Shown piece by piece: positions 17,725 through 30,963 of a stretch of DNA of 64,000 nt. The stretch covers positions 33,232,001-33,296,000 of the forward strand of contig OZ024744.1 in NCBI GenBank assembly GCA_964016885.1, in the 5' to 3' direction. The notes beneath the pieces were generated by a model. That model saw nothing but the letters and a program-made list of their open reading frames with translations, did not search any database and was not told the DNA's origin. Each line of letters begins with the position of its first letter. Positions within the stretch are counted from its first letter, which is position 1. A program made the position numbers and the translations under genes. This stretch comes from Eledone cirrhosa. Taxonomy: Eukaryota.

Positions 17725-17978
17725 CTGGTTAACTTTCCTGGAGAACTTTCTCGCATTCGTCAGTTTGACAATCGCCACTAACGAATAGAAGAAAGTTCTC
17801 CAAGAAAGTTAACCAGGAATCTTTAAACATCTGTCCAGCGCAGTTAACAAATAACTTTACCAAATTGCAAAATTATAATATTGAAAAATTAAATTAAATT
17901 GTTTAGAACTACAACTGAAGTCATTCTTTTTGCCTTTTTTTTAAATATACATAACTATACCAAGTATATCACCCATTT

Positions 17979-17985
<7 letters not shown>
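17725..17985 (+). repeat. Short fold-back (17725-17817) with AT-rich tail into (TA)n
   Basis: cctggttaactttcctggagaactttc..attcgt / acgaat..gaaagttctccaagaaagttaaccagg; truncates the R4-like element. Confidence 0.55.
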
Positions 17986-18010
<25 letters not shown>

Positions 18011-18016
<6 letters not shown>

Positions 18017-18850
18017 GGAAAAAAAGAAACGAAATTTCATTTCTCACTCTTCATTCGGCTGTTACTTAAATATAAGTATGTATACGTACATACATATATG
18101 TATACAGACGCACAGTAGTATGTATATATATATATACATACATGCACACATATATATATGTACGTATGGATTCACCGAATATTTATTATAATGCTCGGTG
18201 TGTTTGTAAACAAACATCCCAAATTAAGCCGTACAGTGTCTAGCAACCATCGTTGCTCATTTGTTCAACACTAACAAAGGAACGCTGTACTAGTTTATAT
18301 ATATATATATATATATATATGTGCATATATATATGTGTGCATGTATGTATATATATATACATACTACTGTGCGTCTGTATACATATATGTATGTACGTAT
18401 ACATACTTAGATTTAAGTAACAGCCGTACTAAGAGTGAAAAATGAAATTTCGTTTCATTTTTTCCGTTTATCGTTTCGGTACACTCGGCCGATTAACTCA
18501 CTCGATATGCAAATTAGGCTGCTCAGCCGTTAATATGCATAAGGAAAGTATATACTTTCAAACGTTCAACCATCTGGCAGGAAGGTATACGTTGCTGACG
18601 ATAGCTAATAAGCTTGAAACTAGTACAGCGTTCCTTTGTCAGTATTGAACAAATGAGCAACGATGGTTGCTAGACACTGTACGGCTTAATTCGGGATGTT
18701 TGTTTACAAACAACCCGAGCATTATAATAAATGTTCGGTGAATCCATACGTACATATATATATATATATATGTGCATGTATGTATATATATATATATACA
18801 TACTAATGTACGTCTGTATACATATATGTATGTACGTATACATACTTATA
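18011..18850 (+). mobile_element. Non-coding hammerhead-containing unit (~440 bp, terminally redundant) with an inverted permuted copy; retrozyme-like
   Basis: 18333-18410 repeats at about 18770-18849; 18011-18296 is a minus copy that spans the unit end-to-start junction. Confidence 0.7.
18589..18631 (+). ncRNA. Minimal type I hammerhead ribozyme
   Basis: acgttg-CTGACGA-tagctaataagctt-GAAA-CTAG-TA-cagcgt; canonical core, palindromic stem III. Confidence 0.88.
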
Positions 18851-18959
18851 TATATATATTTGTATATTTATGTGTGTGTGTGTGTGTCCTGGGTATGACA
18901 TTAAACTACATCCAGTGGCAAGGCTCCAGTTCGGGAGTTCAGAGATGGAAGATCAACCA

Positions 18960-20117
18960 CCAGTCACATCCTGATGTTGAGGAGGATATTAGAGGGAGCT
19001 AGAGCAAAGTGCCTTCCTGCGGTCATGGGTTTCATTGACTTTAGGAAGGCCTTTGATTCTGTGGACCGTCACTGCCTGATGAAGATCTTACAGGCTTATG
19101 GAATCCCCAAGAAGATAGTGGACCTGATATAACTGCTCTACACCAACACCAAAGCTCAAGTCATTACACCTGATGGGATGACAAAGTTCTTTGAGATACT
19201 GGCTGGAGTGCTCCAGGGAGATACATTGGCTCCCTGCCTTTTTATTATCGTAGTGGGTTATTGTATGCGCCTTGCACTGGAGAAACACCAGGACTCTAGC
19301 TTTACTGTAGCACCGGCTCAGAGCAGGAGAGTTAAGGCGAAAAAGATATCAGATGCTGAATTTGCCGACGACATAGTTTTGGTGACAAATACAGTGAAGG
19401 AGGCAGAGGATTTGATGCAGGAGGTTGAGACTGTGTCGATGAGTGTGGGGCTGAGAATGAATGAGACTAAAACAAAATATCTGGTAGAGAATGTTGAGAA
19501 GCTAGAGGGGATCATTAATGTAGGCGGGAAGCCGCTAGAATTGGTTGAGGACTTCCTGTATTTGGGAGCAAAGATTGGGAATACGGAAGATGATGTTGAG
19601 AGGAAGAGCAAAGCCTGGGCGGCGTGCCACAGCTTGAGATCGGTGTGGAAGTCGGACCTTCATAAAGACCTGAAGATCCGCCTCTTCATTGCTGTAGTGG
19701 AGTTTGTGCTGTTGTACGGGTCTGAGACTTGGACACTGACCAAGAAACTCACACATATAGTGGATGGGTGCTACACGATAATGCCGAGGATGGCTCTGAA
19801 CATTAATCAGGATACACTGAGGATGAAAAACTCAGAGCTGTATGGGAGCATCCCAAAAGTCATCTCAAAAATGATACAGAGGAGATTGAGGTTAGCTGGA
19901 CATGCTCACCGACATCCAGTGTTGACATTGCACGCAGTGCTCCTGTAGGAGTCGCTACATGGACACACTGGAAGTGGAAGACCAAGGTTAACGTATGTTG
20001 ATCCCCTAAGGACAGACACTGGTCTGTTGGAGACGCAGGACATGGCAGCGATAATGAGGGACAGAGACCACTGGAGAGAAATCGTCCATGGATCTCGGGA
20101 ATTTTACCCGCCCTAGA
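18960..20117 (+). mobile_element. 5'-truncated RTE-clade LINE (RT fragment)
   Basis: FIDFRKAFDSVDR, GVLQGDTLAPCLFII, EFADDIVL, FLYLG, LLYGSETWTLT, RRLRLAGH; ORF 19178-19948 with flanking stops. Confidence 0.9.
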
Positions 20118-20358
20118 ATATATATATATATAGTATAAAAAAACGAAAAATCAGTGATGCATCTGGACTCAGTTTATTGCGTGTTACAATTGTTTCGCCG
20201 GCAGGTAGCTCGAGACATGATCACTGTATAGATCTGGTATAGATCTGGCTGATTCTACGGCTGCAGGTTCGTTCGGACACATGCAATTCGTTCAGAGCAA
20301 ATTTTCTATGGAAGCACCATAGCTACCATTATACACACGTATATATATATATATATAT

Positions 20359-20675
<317 letters not shown>

Positions 20676-20707
20676 TATATAATATATATAAAATATATAT
20701 ATATATA

Positions 20708-20920
20708 TAAATGAAGTATTTCCGTGGGGAAGGTAAAGGAAAAGAGAGTGCTCTATGTAGGCTACAGAGCTTTTTAGTTATGTAATAAACAACATAAGAT
20801 AATAAATTCTTAATAAATTCTTTCTGATGATTGAAGGCAGACGTAAATATCCAGGTTGTCTGTCTTTGTCACACCTTTGGTAAATGAATTAATTATGTTA
20901 TGTTGCTTATTACATAACTA
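20708..20920 (-). mobile_element. Fold-back PLE terminus with GCTC..GAGC tail
   Basis: tagttatgtaataaacaacataa / ttatgttgcttattacataacta arms; decayed CTGATGA motif at 20824; intact relative at 35947. Confidence 0.7.
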
Positions 20921-21036
20921 TATATATATATATATATATATAACAGGAGGCTGGACTGGTGTAATTCCTTAAAGGTTTACTATACTATGAACATTTCAAC
21001 GAACCTAAATGTATATATATATATATATATATATAT

Positions 21037-21436
21037 ACAAGTTAATATAAATTAATATATTTGATAAACACAAATACCAACATATTCATGTTTGTATTAT
21101 TCGAAACATATTTGGATTTTAACGTTTAAACCTGTCTACGGAACAGGTTTGATTTTGAAATTTAAATTTGTCCAAGCACTACGGTCATTACCAATATGAT
21201 TTGTTTTTATTGATTTATTATCTTAAATCGAGGCAGGCAAAATGTATTATTATTATTAGTATATTTCAATCTAGCTAACCTGGTCATTTACAATACAAAC
21301 ATGAATATGTTGGTATTTGTGTTTATCAAATATATTAATTCATATTAACTTGTATTACACGGCTCAGAAATACTTCTTTCTTTGAGCTATTTCATTGTAA
21401 ACGACTGCCTGAGTTTTGAACTCATTATTATTGATA

Positions 21437-21437
<1 letters not shown>
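21037..21437 (+). mobile_element. Fold-back PLE terminus (family of 2368-3090)
   Basis: 21037-21098 inverted to about 21291-21353; tail GCTC(21362)..GAGC(21384). Confidence 0.75.
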
Positions 21438-21523
<86 letters not shown>

Positions 21524-21530
<7 letters not shown>

Positions 21531-21890
21531 GGGTGCCAAAACTTTGGTACGCTATCATCAGATAAAATACGAAGTGTGTTTTATAAATTTTGACATACCC
21601 AAGGAAAATATACCTTAACGGTTCAAGTTTTGCTTGGATAGTCCAAGGAAACCTTGGATAGTCCAAGGAACTATGTCAAAATTTATAAAACACTGTGTAT
21701 TTTATTTGATGATAGCGTACTTGGTACCCTTGAAATATATATAATAGAATAAATATGGTTTTATAAATATAGTTTCCATTTATTTAATATCATTGAATAT
21801 TATACCCCAGAAAAACTGTCGAGTGCTCTGTATCAGTTATAAACATTTATATTTGTTGAATTACCAACACATTGAATATCCATTCTGCTT
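21524..21890 (+). mobile_element. AT-rich hammerhead fold-back
   Basis: Minus arm has CTGATGA (tcatcag at 21555); plus arm has TTGATGA..GAAA-TATATA-TA; small tandem duplication cttggatagtccaaggaa at the junction. Confidence 0.8.
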
Positions 21891-21909
21891 ATATATATAT
21901 ATATATATA

Positions 21910-22330
21910 CAATATTAAATAAATGGAAAACTATATTTATAAAACCATATTTATTTCATTATATATATTTCGGGGATATCATATTAACAATATGCTATGC
22001 CTTCATCAGACAAAATACAATATAAACAGTTTTATAGATAAATAGATTCGACATACCGTTATAACACCGACTTCATTTGAAGAGGTTTAAGCTGGTATGT
22101 CGAATCTATTTATCTATAAAACTGTTTATATTGTATTTTGTCTGATGAAGGCATAGCATATTGTTAATATGATATCCCCGAAATATATATAATGAAATAA
22201 ATATGGTTTTATAAATATAGTTTTCCATTTATTTAATATTGTAAATATACTCCAAATATTTGTCGAGTGCTTTTATATCAGTTATAAATATTTACTAGTT
22301 GTAACCCAACAATTTTAAATATAACTTTCC

Positions 22331-22331
<1 letters not shown>
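21910..22331 (+). mobile_element. AT-rich hammerhead fold-back
   Basis: Near-perfect arms 21910-22057 / 22094-22241; hammerhead 22135-22198 (CTGATGA 22142, GAAA 22180, TATATA, TA); tail ACTC(22249)..GAGT(22265). Confidence 0.88.
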
Positions 22332-22371
<40 letters not shown>

Positions 22372-22376
<5 letters not shown>

Positions 22377-22552
22377 GTAGAACACTGGAAGGTAATATCC
22401 GTAGTGGTAGAGCACTCAGTCCAAGGGACAAGTTAGGTAGAAGTGGTTACACATCAGTTAGTTCACCATACCGAAAACAATTGATTCACCTTAGCGGATC
22501 TTCAGCTCCGGATGTGCCGAATCGGTATGGTGAACTCACTGTTGTGTAACCA

Positions 22553-22555
<3 letters not shown>
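22372..22555 (-). mobile_element. Fold-back of PLE 3' end (family of 4719-5328)
   Basis: Same tail and CTGAAGA-tccgctaaggt hammerhead (decayed); short inverted arm 22523-22555. Confidence 0.8.
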
Positions 22556-22612
<57 letters not shown>

Positions 22613-22643
22613 ACGGATACTTTGCGGAAGAACGTCATATATA

Positions 22644-24142
22644 CCAGATAGAAAAATGCGTACAGCAAATAAAAGTAATATTGTTGGAATATAAACCTTT
22701 AAAAATACAGGACAAGAAACTAAAATAAAACTTTAAAAGAATAGGACAAGAAACTAAGATAAAACTTTAAAAGAATAGGACAAGAAACTAAGATAAAACT
22801 TTAAAGAATTGGACAAGAAATAAAAAAATTTACAATAATATTTGTGGCAAAATTTTTATTGGTAAAAAATCGAGTTCCACATTCATAGGCTCTGGGTTCC
22901 ACATTCAGAGGTCGTCGTCAGACCGGGGGGATCATTTGATCCTGGTTTGAACACCAGTTGGGCCATAACCATACCCCTATTTCATCATTCGGCGACACGC
23001 CTCATGTGTCATGCATAATGTGAATTGACCCATGGGCCCATGAGCACAGATCTTGAGCAGCAGCGGACGGTCTTGTCGTCCCGCTCATCCTTGATCTTGA
23101 CCAACCCGTCCATCTTCTCCTTGCATCTTGTCCTTGAGTTCAAGTCCGGCAGTCCAGATGAATGCGTGCCACAGCTTTCTGGTACAGGAAGGGGGAGCTG
23201 GAGGACGGGACAGAGGGAGGGAGGACCGGTGGTTGAGGGCGGTACCGTAGTCGGTGGACAGAGTCGACATCTTGTCCCGGTCGTCTTCTCCATCTTCGTC
23301 TGGTGTTGCGGGACCAGAAGTGCATTCTTGGAGGAGACCTGCAGCTGCATCGGCCAATTCTTCTTCCACTGGTCATTCTGACGGAGCAGAACTGCTCAGC
23401 CAACCAACCCCAACCAGAACCAACCGCTCAGGGGCAACGCACAATGAGAGCATGACAATTATTATGCACTAATCAAGAAGATACTGGGGCATAGCACAGG
23501 AAACGAATAAAAAAAATGTTGCCACTAATATTATTGTAAAATTTTTTATTTCTTGTCCAATTCTTTAAAGTTTTATCTTAGTTTCTTGTCCTATTCTTTT
23601 AAAGTTTTATCTTAGTTTCTTGTCCTATTCTTTTAAAGTTTTATTTTAGTTTCTTGTCCTGTATTTTTAAAGGTTTATATTCCAACAATATTACTTTTTT
23701 TTGCTGTACGCATTTTTCTATCTGGTCTACTATTTTTAAGGCAATGCAAGCAACAACTATCTAATAATTAAATGATCATGGTGAATTACTGACAAGTGAT
23801 TGACATTTTAAAGTTCTTTTGAGTATAATTGCAATCTAGTTGAGGCAACTGGCTTAATGACAAAGCTACGTCATTTCTGGATTACCTCCCCTAGCGTCAC
23901 GCTTACTACTCAGTCACTTGAACACAAGATTTATCAGCAAACTTTGATTATAAACTTTTTCCCGCTGGACCAAATTTCTAGATTTTTAAGCCAAAATATG
24001 CGTAATGATCTACTGTTCATGCTCATATAAGTTTTATCTCAGTTAAATAAAGTAGAGCCGCGCTGTACTGTCGTAAACAGACGATTGCCAACGAAAACAC
24101 GACCACAACAATATTACTAAACGGACTACCGTCCGTTTAGGA
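22644..24142. mobile_element. Fold-back element with 33 bp subrepeats and a GC-rich ~650 bp body
   Basis: Arms about 22644-22856 / 23512-23726 contain four aggacaagaaactaagataaaactttaaaagaat-like units; ~410 nt tail ends in hairpin ctaaacggac-tacc-gtccgtttag before (TA)n. Confidence 0.65.
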
Positions 24143-24675
24143 TATATATATATATATATATATATATGACGTGCTTCCGCAAAGTATCCGTCTACCAAAT
24201 TCCTCTCATAATCGATCAATTCGAATATATAATAGAAGGCATCAACCCAAGTCACCAATATTGGTGGGGGTCATCGACTCGTCAATGCCTGTGCCTGTAT
24301 AATGTGCTAAGAGAGGTATTTGATTGTTATATCTAGCAGATCTTGAAACCATGTTAATATTTCTTTGTTTAGAAATAGTAAATTACTATTTCAATTCATC
24401 TTTTGGTCGTTGTCTGACAACCATGTAATAGCGTGTTATACATTAGGGAAATGGTAATTTATTCTCATCTTGGAATTAATACCATGACTTCTGACAAACT
24501 TTTAAAAAAATAAGGAAAGCAAAGGTAATAATTTTTTAATAAATTACAGTTGTCTTGATTGTTTTTTGTTATACATTATTTGTTGTTATTGTTGTTTTGT
24601 TTTATTTGTGTTTTTGTGGTTGTTTTTGTTTATTAGCTCCAGGTCGGGCGTAATTGAGCAAAGCTATAAAAGAAA

Positions 24676-24790
24676 ACGTGGCTTAGTGGTTAGAGAATTG
24701 GAATCACAATCGTGAAGATGCGAGTTCGATTCACAGGCACGGCGATGCGTTATGTCCTTGAGCAAGACACTTTATTTCACGTTGCTCTTT
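24676..24790 (+). mobile_element. tRNA-derived SINE (family 2), partial
   Basis: TGGCTTAGTGG A-box, GAGTTCGATTC B-box, TGTCCTTGAGCAAGACACTTTA core; second copy at 33575-33775. Confidence 0.8.
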
Positions 24791-24944
24791 CTGCCAGGTG
24801 TTACGACTGGTAGATAGTATCAACTATGGAAGACAATGGAAACATTGTTTCCTTGGTCCGATAAGATGAGTTTCACCCCATTCAGTAAGTGAATATGGTC
24901 TGGGATCTTGTCGATCACTTCATTTCTTGTTTGTTTTTAATAAT

Positions 24945-25158
24945 GGTTTCTTATATAGGCACAAGGCCAGCAATTTTTAGTGGAGGTGAAAGTCGATTAA
25001 ATCGACTCCAGTTCGTAACTGGTACTTTATTTTATCGACCCGGTAAGGATGAAAGGCAAAGTTAACCTCGGCGGGATTTGAACTCAGACCATAAGGGGCC
25101 GTAACTATGCTGCAAAGCATGGCGTCCGCCCCTCTACCGTTACTGCCAATCCACCGCC
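24945..25158 (-). mobile_element. SINE family 1
   Basis: Full head, core and tail as in 7523-7688. Confidence 0.88.
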
Positions 25159-25702
25159 TTCGTTTGTTTTGTTTTTTTAATAATGAAAGGGATTCCAACC
25201 GTAACCATCCAGATTATACTTTTTTTACATACTTTTACTGAGATTATAATATCCAAACATGACCTTTTCCATAACACAGTTGAATGTAATGTCAGGACAA
25301 AATTTTGACTATTATTTCTTAATGGTCCCCTAGAGATTTTCCTGTATTTGTATTTTGTATTTTTTTAATCTTGTAGTTTAAGATTGATTAGGATTTCCTT
25401 AAACACGCTGACACAGATGTGTATATGTGTGTACGTGTGTGTATGTGAATTTGCATACATTTATATGTATAACTATATAAATATAAACGTGCAAACACAG
25501 ATACACTTACAAACATACATTCACACAAATACACGCACATTCGCATAAACACACACATACACTCTCTCTCTCACACACACACATATATTTACGCAAACAC
25601 ACACACACACATACACCCACGCACAGCGTAGCAAATGGAACGCCAAACGCTGTTTTGTTATAGTTTTTCCACCATACACTTCATTCGTTTTACTCACACA
25701 TA

Positions 25703-25780
<78 letters not shown>

Positions 25781-26494
25781 CACACACACATTCACACAAA
25801 CGCGCACGCATGCACAGATACAGACATGGTAGCAAATGCAAACGCCAGTCGCCACCATCCTCTTCCTTTTACACACACATACATACATTCATACAAACAC
25901 ACAAACAAACACACACACATTGTGTGACTGACGGACGGAAGTGACTGATATGTTTATATATTGATTATTCATAAGACCTATTTCCGAACTTTTGCCAGGA
26001 GACTCTATTTTCTTCATATATATTTTTTCTTTCTGCTCCACAAATTCTGTCATATTTGTTTCGCTACATTATTCACTTTGCTCCGCCAGCGTTCCTGTTA
26101 ATCAATGTTGTTCCTTGATATAATTCCTGTTACCTATTCTTTCTCGCCCCCTCTCTCTCTCTCTCCTCTCTCTTTCTCTGTATCTATCTATCTATCTATG
26201 TCTCTTTCTCACTCTATATTCCCTCCTCTCTCTATATATGTCTCTTTCTATCTCTTTAGTCCCCCTCTCTCTCTTTCTCTCTCTCTCTCTCCATTCGTTG
26301 TGTTCCAGAGAATATCTTATATGATCTACAGACAATGTGGGCTGAGGGTTGGAGGCTGGGGACTGGAGACTGGGGGATGGGGACTGGGGACTGGCTAGAC
26401 CTAAAGTTTCTGTAGATCCCCCCTCCCTATATAGATATTATATATATATTTTTAAAATATTTACTCCTTTTTTATATCCTTTTCTTTTTGTTAT

Positions 26495-27482
26495 TGTGTG
26501 TGTGTATGTGTTTGTGTGTGTGTGTGTGTCCATGTGTATGTGTGCGTGTGTGTGTGTGTCTGTATGTGTCCTTGTGTGTGTGTTTGTGTCCTTGTGTGTG
26601 TCCGTGTGTGTGTGTCTTTGTGTATGTGTATGTGTCCGTGTGTGTGTGTGTGTTTGTGTATGTGTATGTATCCGTGTGTGTTTGAGTGTGTATGTGCCCG
26701 TGTGTGTGTGTGTTTGAGTGTGTATGTGCCCGTGTGTGTGTGTACCCATGTCCGTGTGTGAGTGTGTGCGTGTGTGTTTGTATGTGTGTGTATGTGTGTG
26801 TGTATGTGTATGTGTCCGTCTGTGTGTGTATGTGCCCATGTCTCTCTGTCTGTGTGTGTATGTGTGTGTGTATGTGCCCATGTGCCTGTGTATGTGTATG
26901 TGTTTGTGTCCATGTCCGTCTGTGTGTGTGTATGTGCCCATGTCTCTCTGTCTGCCTGTGTGTATGTGTGTGTGTGTGTGTCCGTGTCCGTCTGTGTGTG
27001 TGTATGTGCCCATGTGCCTGTGTATGTATGTGTGTTTGTGTCCGTGTCCGTCTGTGTGTGTGTATGTGCCCATGTCTCTCTGTCTGTGTGTGTGTGTGTG
27101 TCCGTCTGTGTGTGTGTATGTGCCTGTGTATGTATGTGTGTTTGTGTCCGTGTCCGTCTGTGTGTGTGTATGTGCCCATGTCTCTCTATCTGTGTGTGTG
27201 TGTGTGTCCGTCTGTGTGTGTGTATGTGCCTGTGTATGTATGTGTGTTTGTGTCCGTGTCCGTCTGTGTGTGTGTATGTGCCCATGTCTCTCTATCTGTG
27301 TGTGTGTGTGTGTCCGTCTGTGTGTGTGTATGTGCCTGTGTATGTATGTGTGTTTGTGTCCGTGTCCGTCTGTGTGTGTGTATGTGCCCATGTCTCTCTG
27401 TCTGCCTGTGTATGGGTGTGTGTGTGTGTGTGTCCGTCTCTGTGTGTGTGTATGTGGCCATGTCTCTCTGTATGTGTGTGTG
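26495..27482 (+). repeat. (TG)-derived compound minisatellite with ~106 bp higher-order unit
   Basis: gcccatgtctctc recurs at about 27068, 27174, 27280 and 27386. Confidence 0.9.
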
Positions 27483-27808
27483 TTTACTTTCAGATTGTTT
27501 TTGTCAGAAATGTCTTATTTCCGTCAACCTCCAATGGTTTCTCTATATCCTAGACTTCTCTCATATCGTCTTAATCTCTCAATCTTGTCAACTTGTATTC
27601 ATTGCTCTATTTCTGCTCTACATATCAACACAACATATTTCTATCATGTCTGCTATTTTATTTCTTATTTCCTTATTTTATTTCCTTTTATTTTATTGCT
27701 TTACTTGTTATATCCTGCATTTTAGAGGTGAACCAGATGGTTTTTTTTCTCTATTTCTGACAAAATTCTTAGTTTTTTTCTTCCGCTTTATATTTTTATA
27801 TAATGTTA

Positions 27809-27836
27809 CATCATCATCATCACCACCACCACCATT

Positions 27837-27901
<65 letters not shown>

Positions 27902-27920
27902 TATTATTATTATTATTATT

Positions 27921-27953
<33 letters not shown>

Positions 27954-27955
27954 GC

Positions 27956-28025
<70 letters not shown>

Positions 28026-28028
28026 GCT
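27809..28028 (+). repeat. Compound trinucleotide tract (CAT)n(TAT)n(TGT)n
   Basis: Direct reading. Confidence 0.97.
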
Positions 28029-28429
28029 ATTATTCATCACACATTTAGTTGGTTTTAAAGTTTTGTTGTGATTGTTTGTGCTTAAAAGTTATTCTGACGT
28101 TTTATAAGCTTATCAGTAAAACAGATGTCTAATCCATGATATTTCATTATAATTAATATTAATATTTCCCATGTTGACAGAGATTATGTCACATATCTGT
28201 GTTGGATTATTATATGCTCTGCTGCTGTCTTTCTCGCTGATTTTACCAGTTGCGTTCAGTAAGCGTAGAATAAGCGTAGCCATTTTATACCGGACGTTCA
28301 TATTTCTGTTTCTGCTCTAATTTTTTTACTACAATATATCAACGGTATGCCTGTCTTTATTAAGGAGTTAGAATGGAAGAAAATATTTTTAAAAAAAGGA
28401 AAAGGAAGGGAGAGGTAAGTGCTCTAGTG

Positions 28430-28590
28430 TCACAGAAGAATGAGGAGCTCGACAGTACGGGGTTCATGTATGCTCGAGGTCTCGACGGTGACCGGTGCAA
28501 AGAGGAAGCGGCCGGACAATTCCCGATATTTGTTTATCTTCCTTTCCTCTGCATAGCGGGTCGCGGTACCGGGGTTTGTGGCCGAAGCAA
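28430..28590 (-). mobile_element. CRE-like non-LTR RLE-domain fragment
   Basis: ATRYAEERKINKYRELSGRFLFAPVTVETSS..PRTVELL resembles the AE..K..KY..L....F.P.A.ET.G RLE motif. Confidence 0.65.
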
Positions 28591-28779
28591 CATATATCAA
28601 TGATATTTCTGTGTTTATCAAGGAATGTCACACAACCACATAATTCCAAGTTCGTTCACCTTTGACACGATTACCTTGGGGTGACCAATTAATATATTGC
28701 CAGTAGAAATTAATTGACGGAAATTGAACCTACAAGCCTGAGAAAGAAAGAATTAATGTCATAAGCTCAACACTTGATA

Positions 28780-29450
28780 GGTTTGATGCCGGGTGCTGCA
28801 TAGCTGGAATGAAACTAATTGCTGCGAAAACTGAGACGTTTGTCTTCTCAACGAAGCTTGCACGGTGCAGGCTAATGTGAATGGAGTTCCACTGAAGCAG
28901 GTAGAGAAGTTCAAGTATCTCAGGGCTGTGTTCACGAGTGATGGAAGGCAGGAGACTGAATTAAGTGCAAGAATTGCAAAAGCCGATGCAGTAATACGTC
29001 AGCTTCAGCACTAAGTAATCAGAAGAAGGGAGGTAGGCATAGAAGCCAAACTCACTGTCTTCAATTCGGTTTTCGTGCCAATGATCATGAATCTTGGGTA
29101 ATGACTGAAAGAATATGATCGCGAATACAAGTGGCTGAAATGAGATTCCTCCGAAGGGTCTTTAGTGTAACGTTACTCAATAAAGTGCGTAGCTCGGAGA
29201 TCAGAAAGTCACTCCAGGTAGAGTTGTTACTTCTCTGAATTGAGAGATCACAGCTCCGATACTATGGGCATGAGTTTAAAATGTCCCAGGAAAGAATCAC
29301 TGGACAGATTTTACGGGGAAAACCAACAAGCAGGAAACCCAGGGGTAGACCCCCAAGCAAGGTTGTTGGATAACATCCATGAGCTTGATCAACAGAGAGA
29401 CAATCCACAAGATGGATGACAGGCAGATGAAATATAGAAATGATTGAAAG
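28780..29450 (+). mobile_element. Degenerate RTE (Expander/Rex3-like) LINE 3' fragment
   Basis: LKQVEKFKYL..FTSDG, HESWVMTER, AEMRFLRR, IERSQLRYYGH, KPRGRP. Confidence 0.85.
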
Positions 29451-29748
29451 AGGAGGAAGACAAGGGGAAGTGTGCTGGTGCACAGAAGTCCTAGGAGGAA
29501 ATAAAGAAAGGTGATGTACAAGACAAGTTTACACAGACATATCACCAACCCCATCAGCTCTAATACCAGCAAAATTGTTTCGAACGATTTAATTGAGAGT
29601 ACATTTTAAAATGGTGGATCGTTTAATAGAAAAGATATGTCTTTCTGCTGGTATGATGTGTGTGTTAAAACAAACAGAACAGATCTGAGGCATTTAGCTA
29701 TTTTAGCGGCTGTTCTAGCGATGAGTTTTCTCATATATGTATATATAT

Positions 29749-29898
<150 letters not shown>

Positions 29899-30533
29899 GT
29901 GCGTGTGTGTGCGTGTGTGCGTGTGTGTGTGTGCGTGTGTGTGTGCGTGTGCGTGCGTGTGTGCGTGTGTGTGTGCGTGTGCGTGCGTGTATGCGTGTGT
30001 GTTTGTGGGTCTTTTGCTAATGTATATCGGTAAGGAATGTTAACAATGGCAAGAAAATCTGAAAAGCGCTGCTCTGTTCTAAGAAAGAAATCACTTGTAA
30101 TAATTATTCTGCACCTTGTTACAGATACTCTCGCTTCTCTCCCCATCAGAAATACAGCCAAGTAATGACTGATCTGTTCAAAACCTGTAACAAACGATGG
30201 TATTTTTTACATACCAGCACCACTGATAGACTGGGATGCTCTACAACCATGACTGGAATCACACTCACATGAAATATTACATATGTCCTGCACACTTCAA
30301 TCCTCTTTCCCCTTTTCTTTCTCCTTCCGCTTTTTAAAAAACTTTCAACCTATCTTTTAACTTGATTCTTTACTGATGAAAGTCTTACGTCCGATACGTT
30401 TGGACTATTCCATTTTCTTTTTCTTTTTTCCAGAATCCTGAAACTAATATATTTCTTCATTGTACTGTGTCGTATGCTTTGTTATTTCTCTTTACATTTT
30501 GCATAGACACACACATTCATTGACTGGCACACA

Positions 30534-30721
30534 TCTTTCTGATGACGTGAAATATTTTATTACGTATTACATACGATTGAGCATAAGACTATGTCGTCAG
30601 CAGATGTAGACGTATATTGTAAAGAAACATATGTTAAGGAATGAACTCTCAATAAATTTCTCCTGACCAATTCTTGCTGCCGAGTTATTACTGTTTTTTT
30701 CCTGGTGCTATACTCGTTATT

Positions 30722-30791
<70 letters not shown>

Positions 30792-30963
30792 AATAACGAG
30801 TATAGCACCAGGAAAAAAACAGTAATAACTCGGCAGCAAGAATTGGTCAGGAGAAATTTATTGAGAGTTCATTCCTTAACATATGTTTCTTTACAATATA
30901 CGTCTACATCTGCTGACGACATAGTCTTATGCTCAATCGTATGTAATACGTAATAAAATATTT
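30534..30963. mobile_element. Tail-to-tail palindrome of a PLE 3' end around a (TA)n centre
   Basis: 30550-30725 is the reverse complement of 30788-30963; hammerhead tcttt-CTGATGA-long stem II-GAAA-CATATG-TT-aagga at 30534-30640; ACTC(30645)..GAGT(30682). Confidence 0.8.

Noticed and set aside
21700-21752. TTGATGA as another variant core
   Set aside because: The inverted arm of the same insertion has CTGATGA, so this is a copy-specific mutation
22700-22830. 33 bp repeats as a CRISPR array
   Set aside because: Head-to-tail tandem units with no spacers, eukaryotic context and no cas genes
24075-24105. CAGACGA-ttgccaac-GAAA as a hammerhead
   Set aside because: Stem II too short and no NUH or stem I partner
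24676-24740. tRNA gene
   Set aside because: A and B boxes continue into a SINE core; no full cloverleaf
26438-28071. Long His/Thr- and Cys/Val-rich ORFs (up to 461 aa)
   Set aside because: Stop-free translation of (TG)n/(CA)n and trinucleotide tracts; open in most frames
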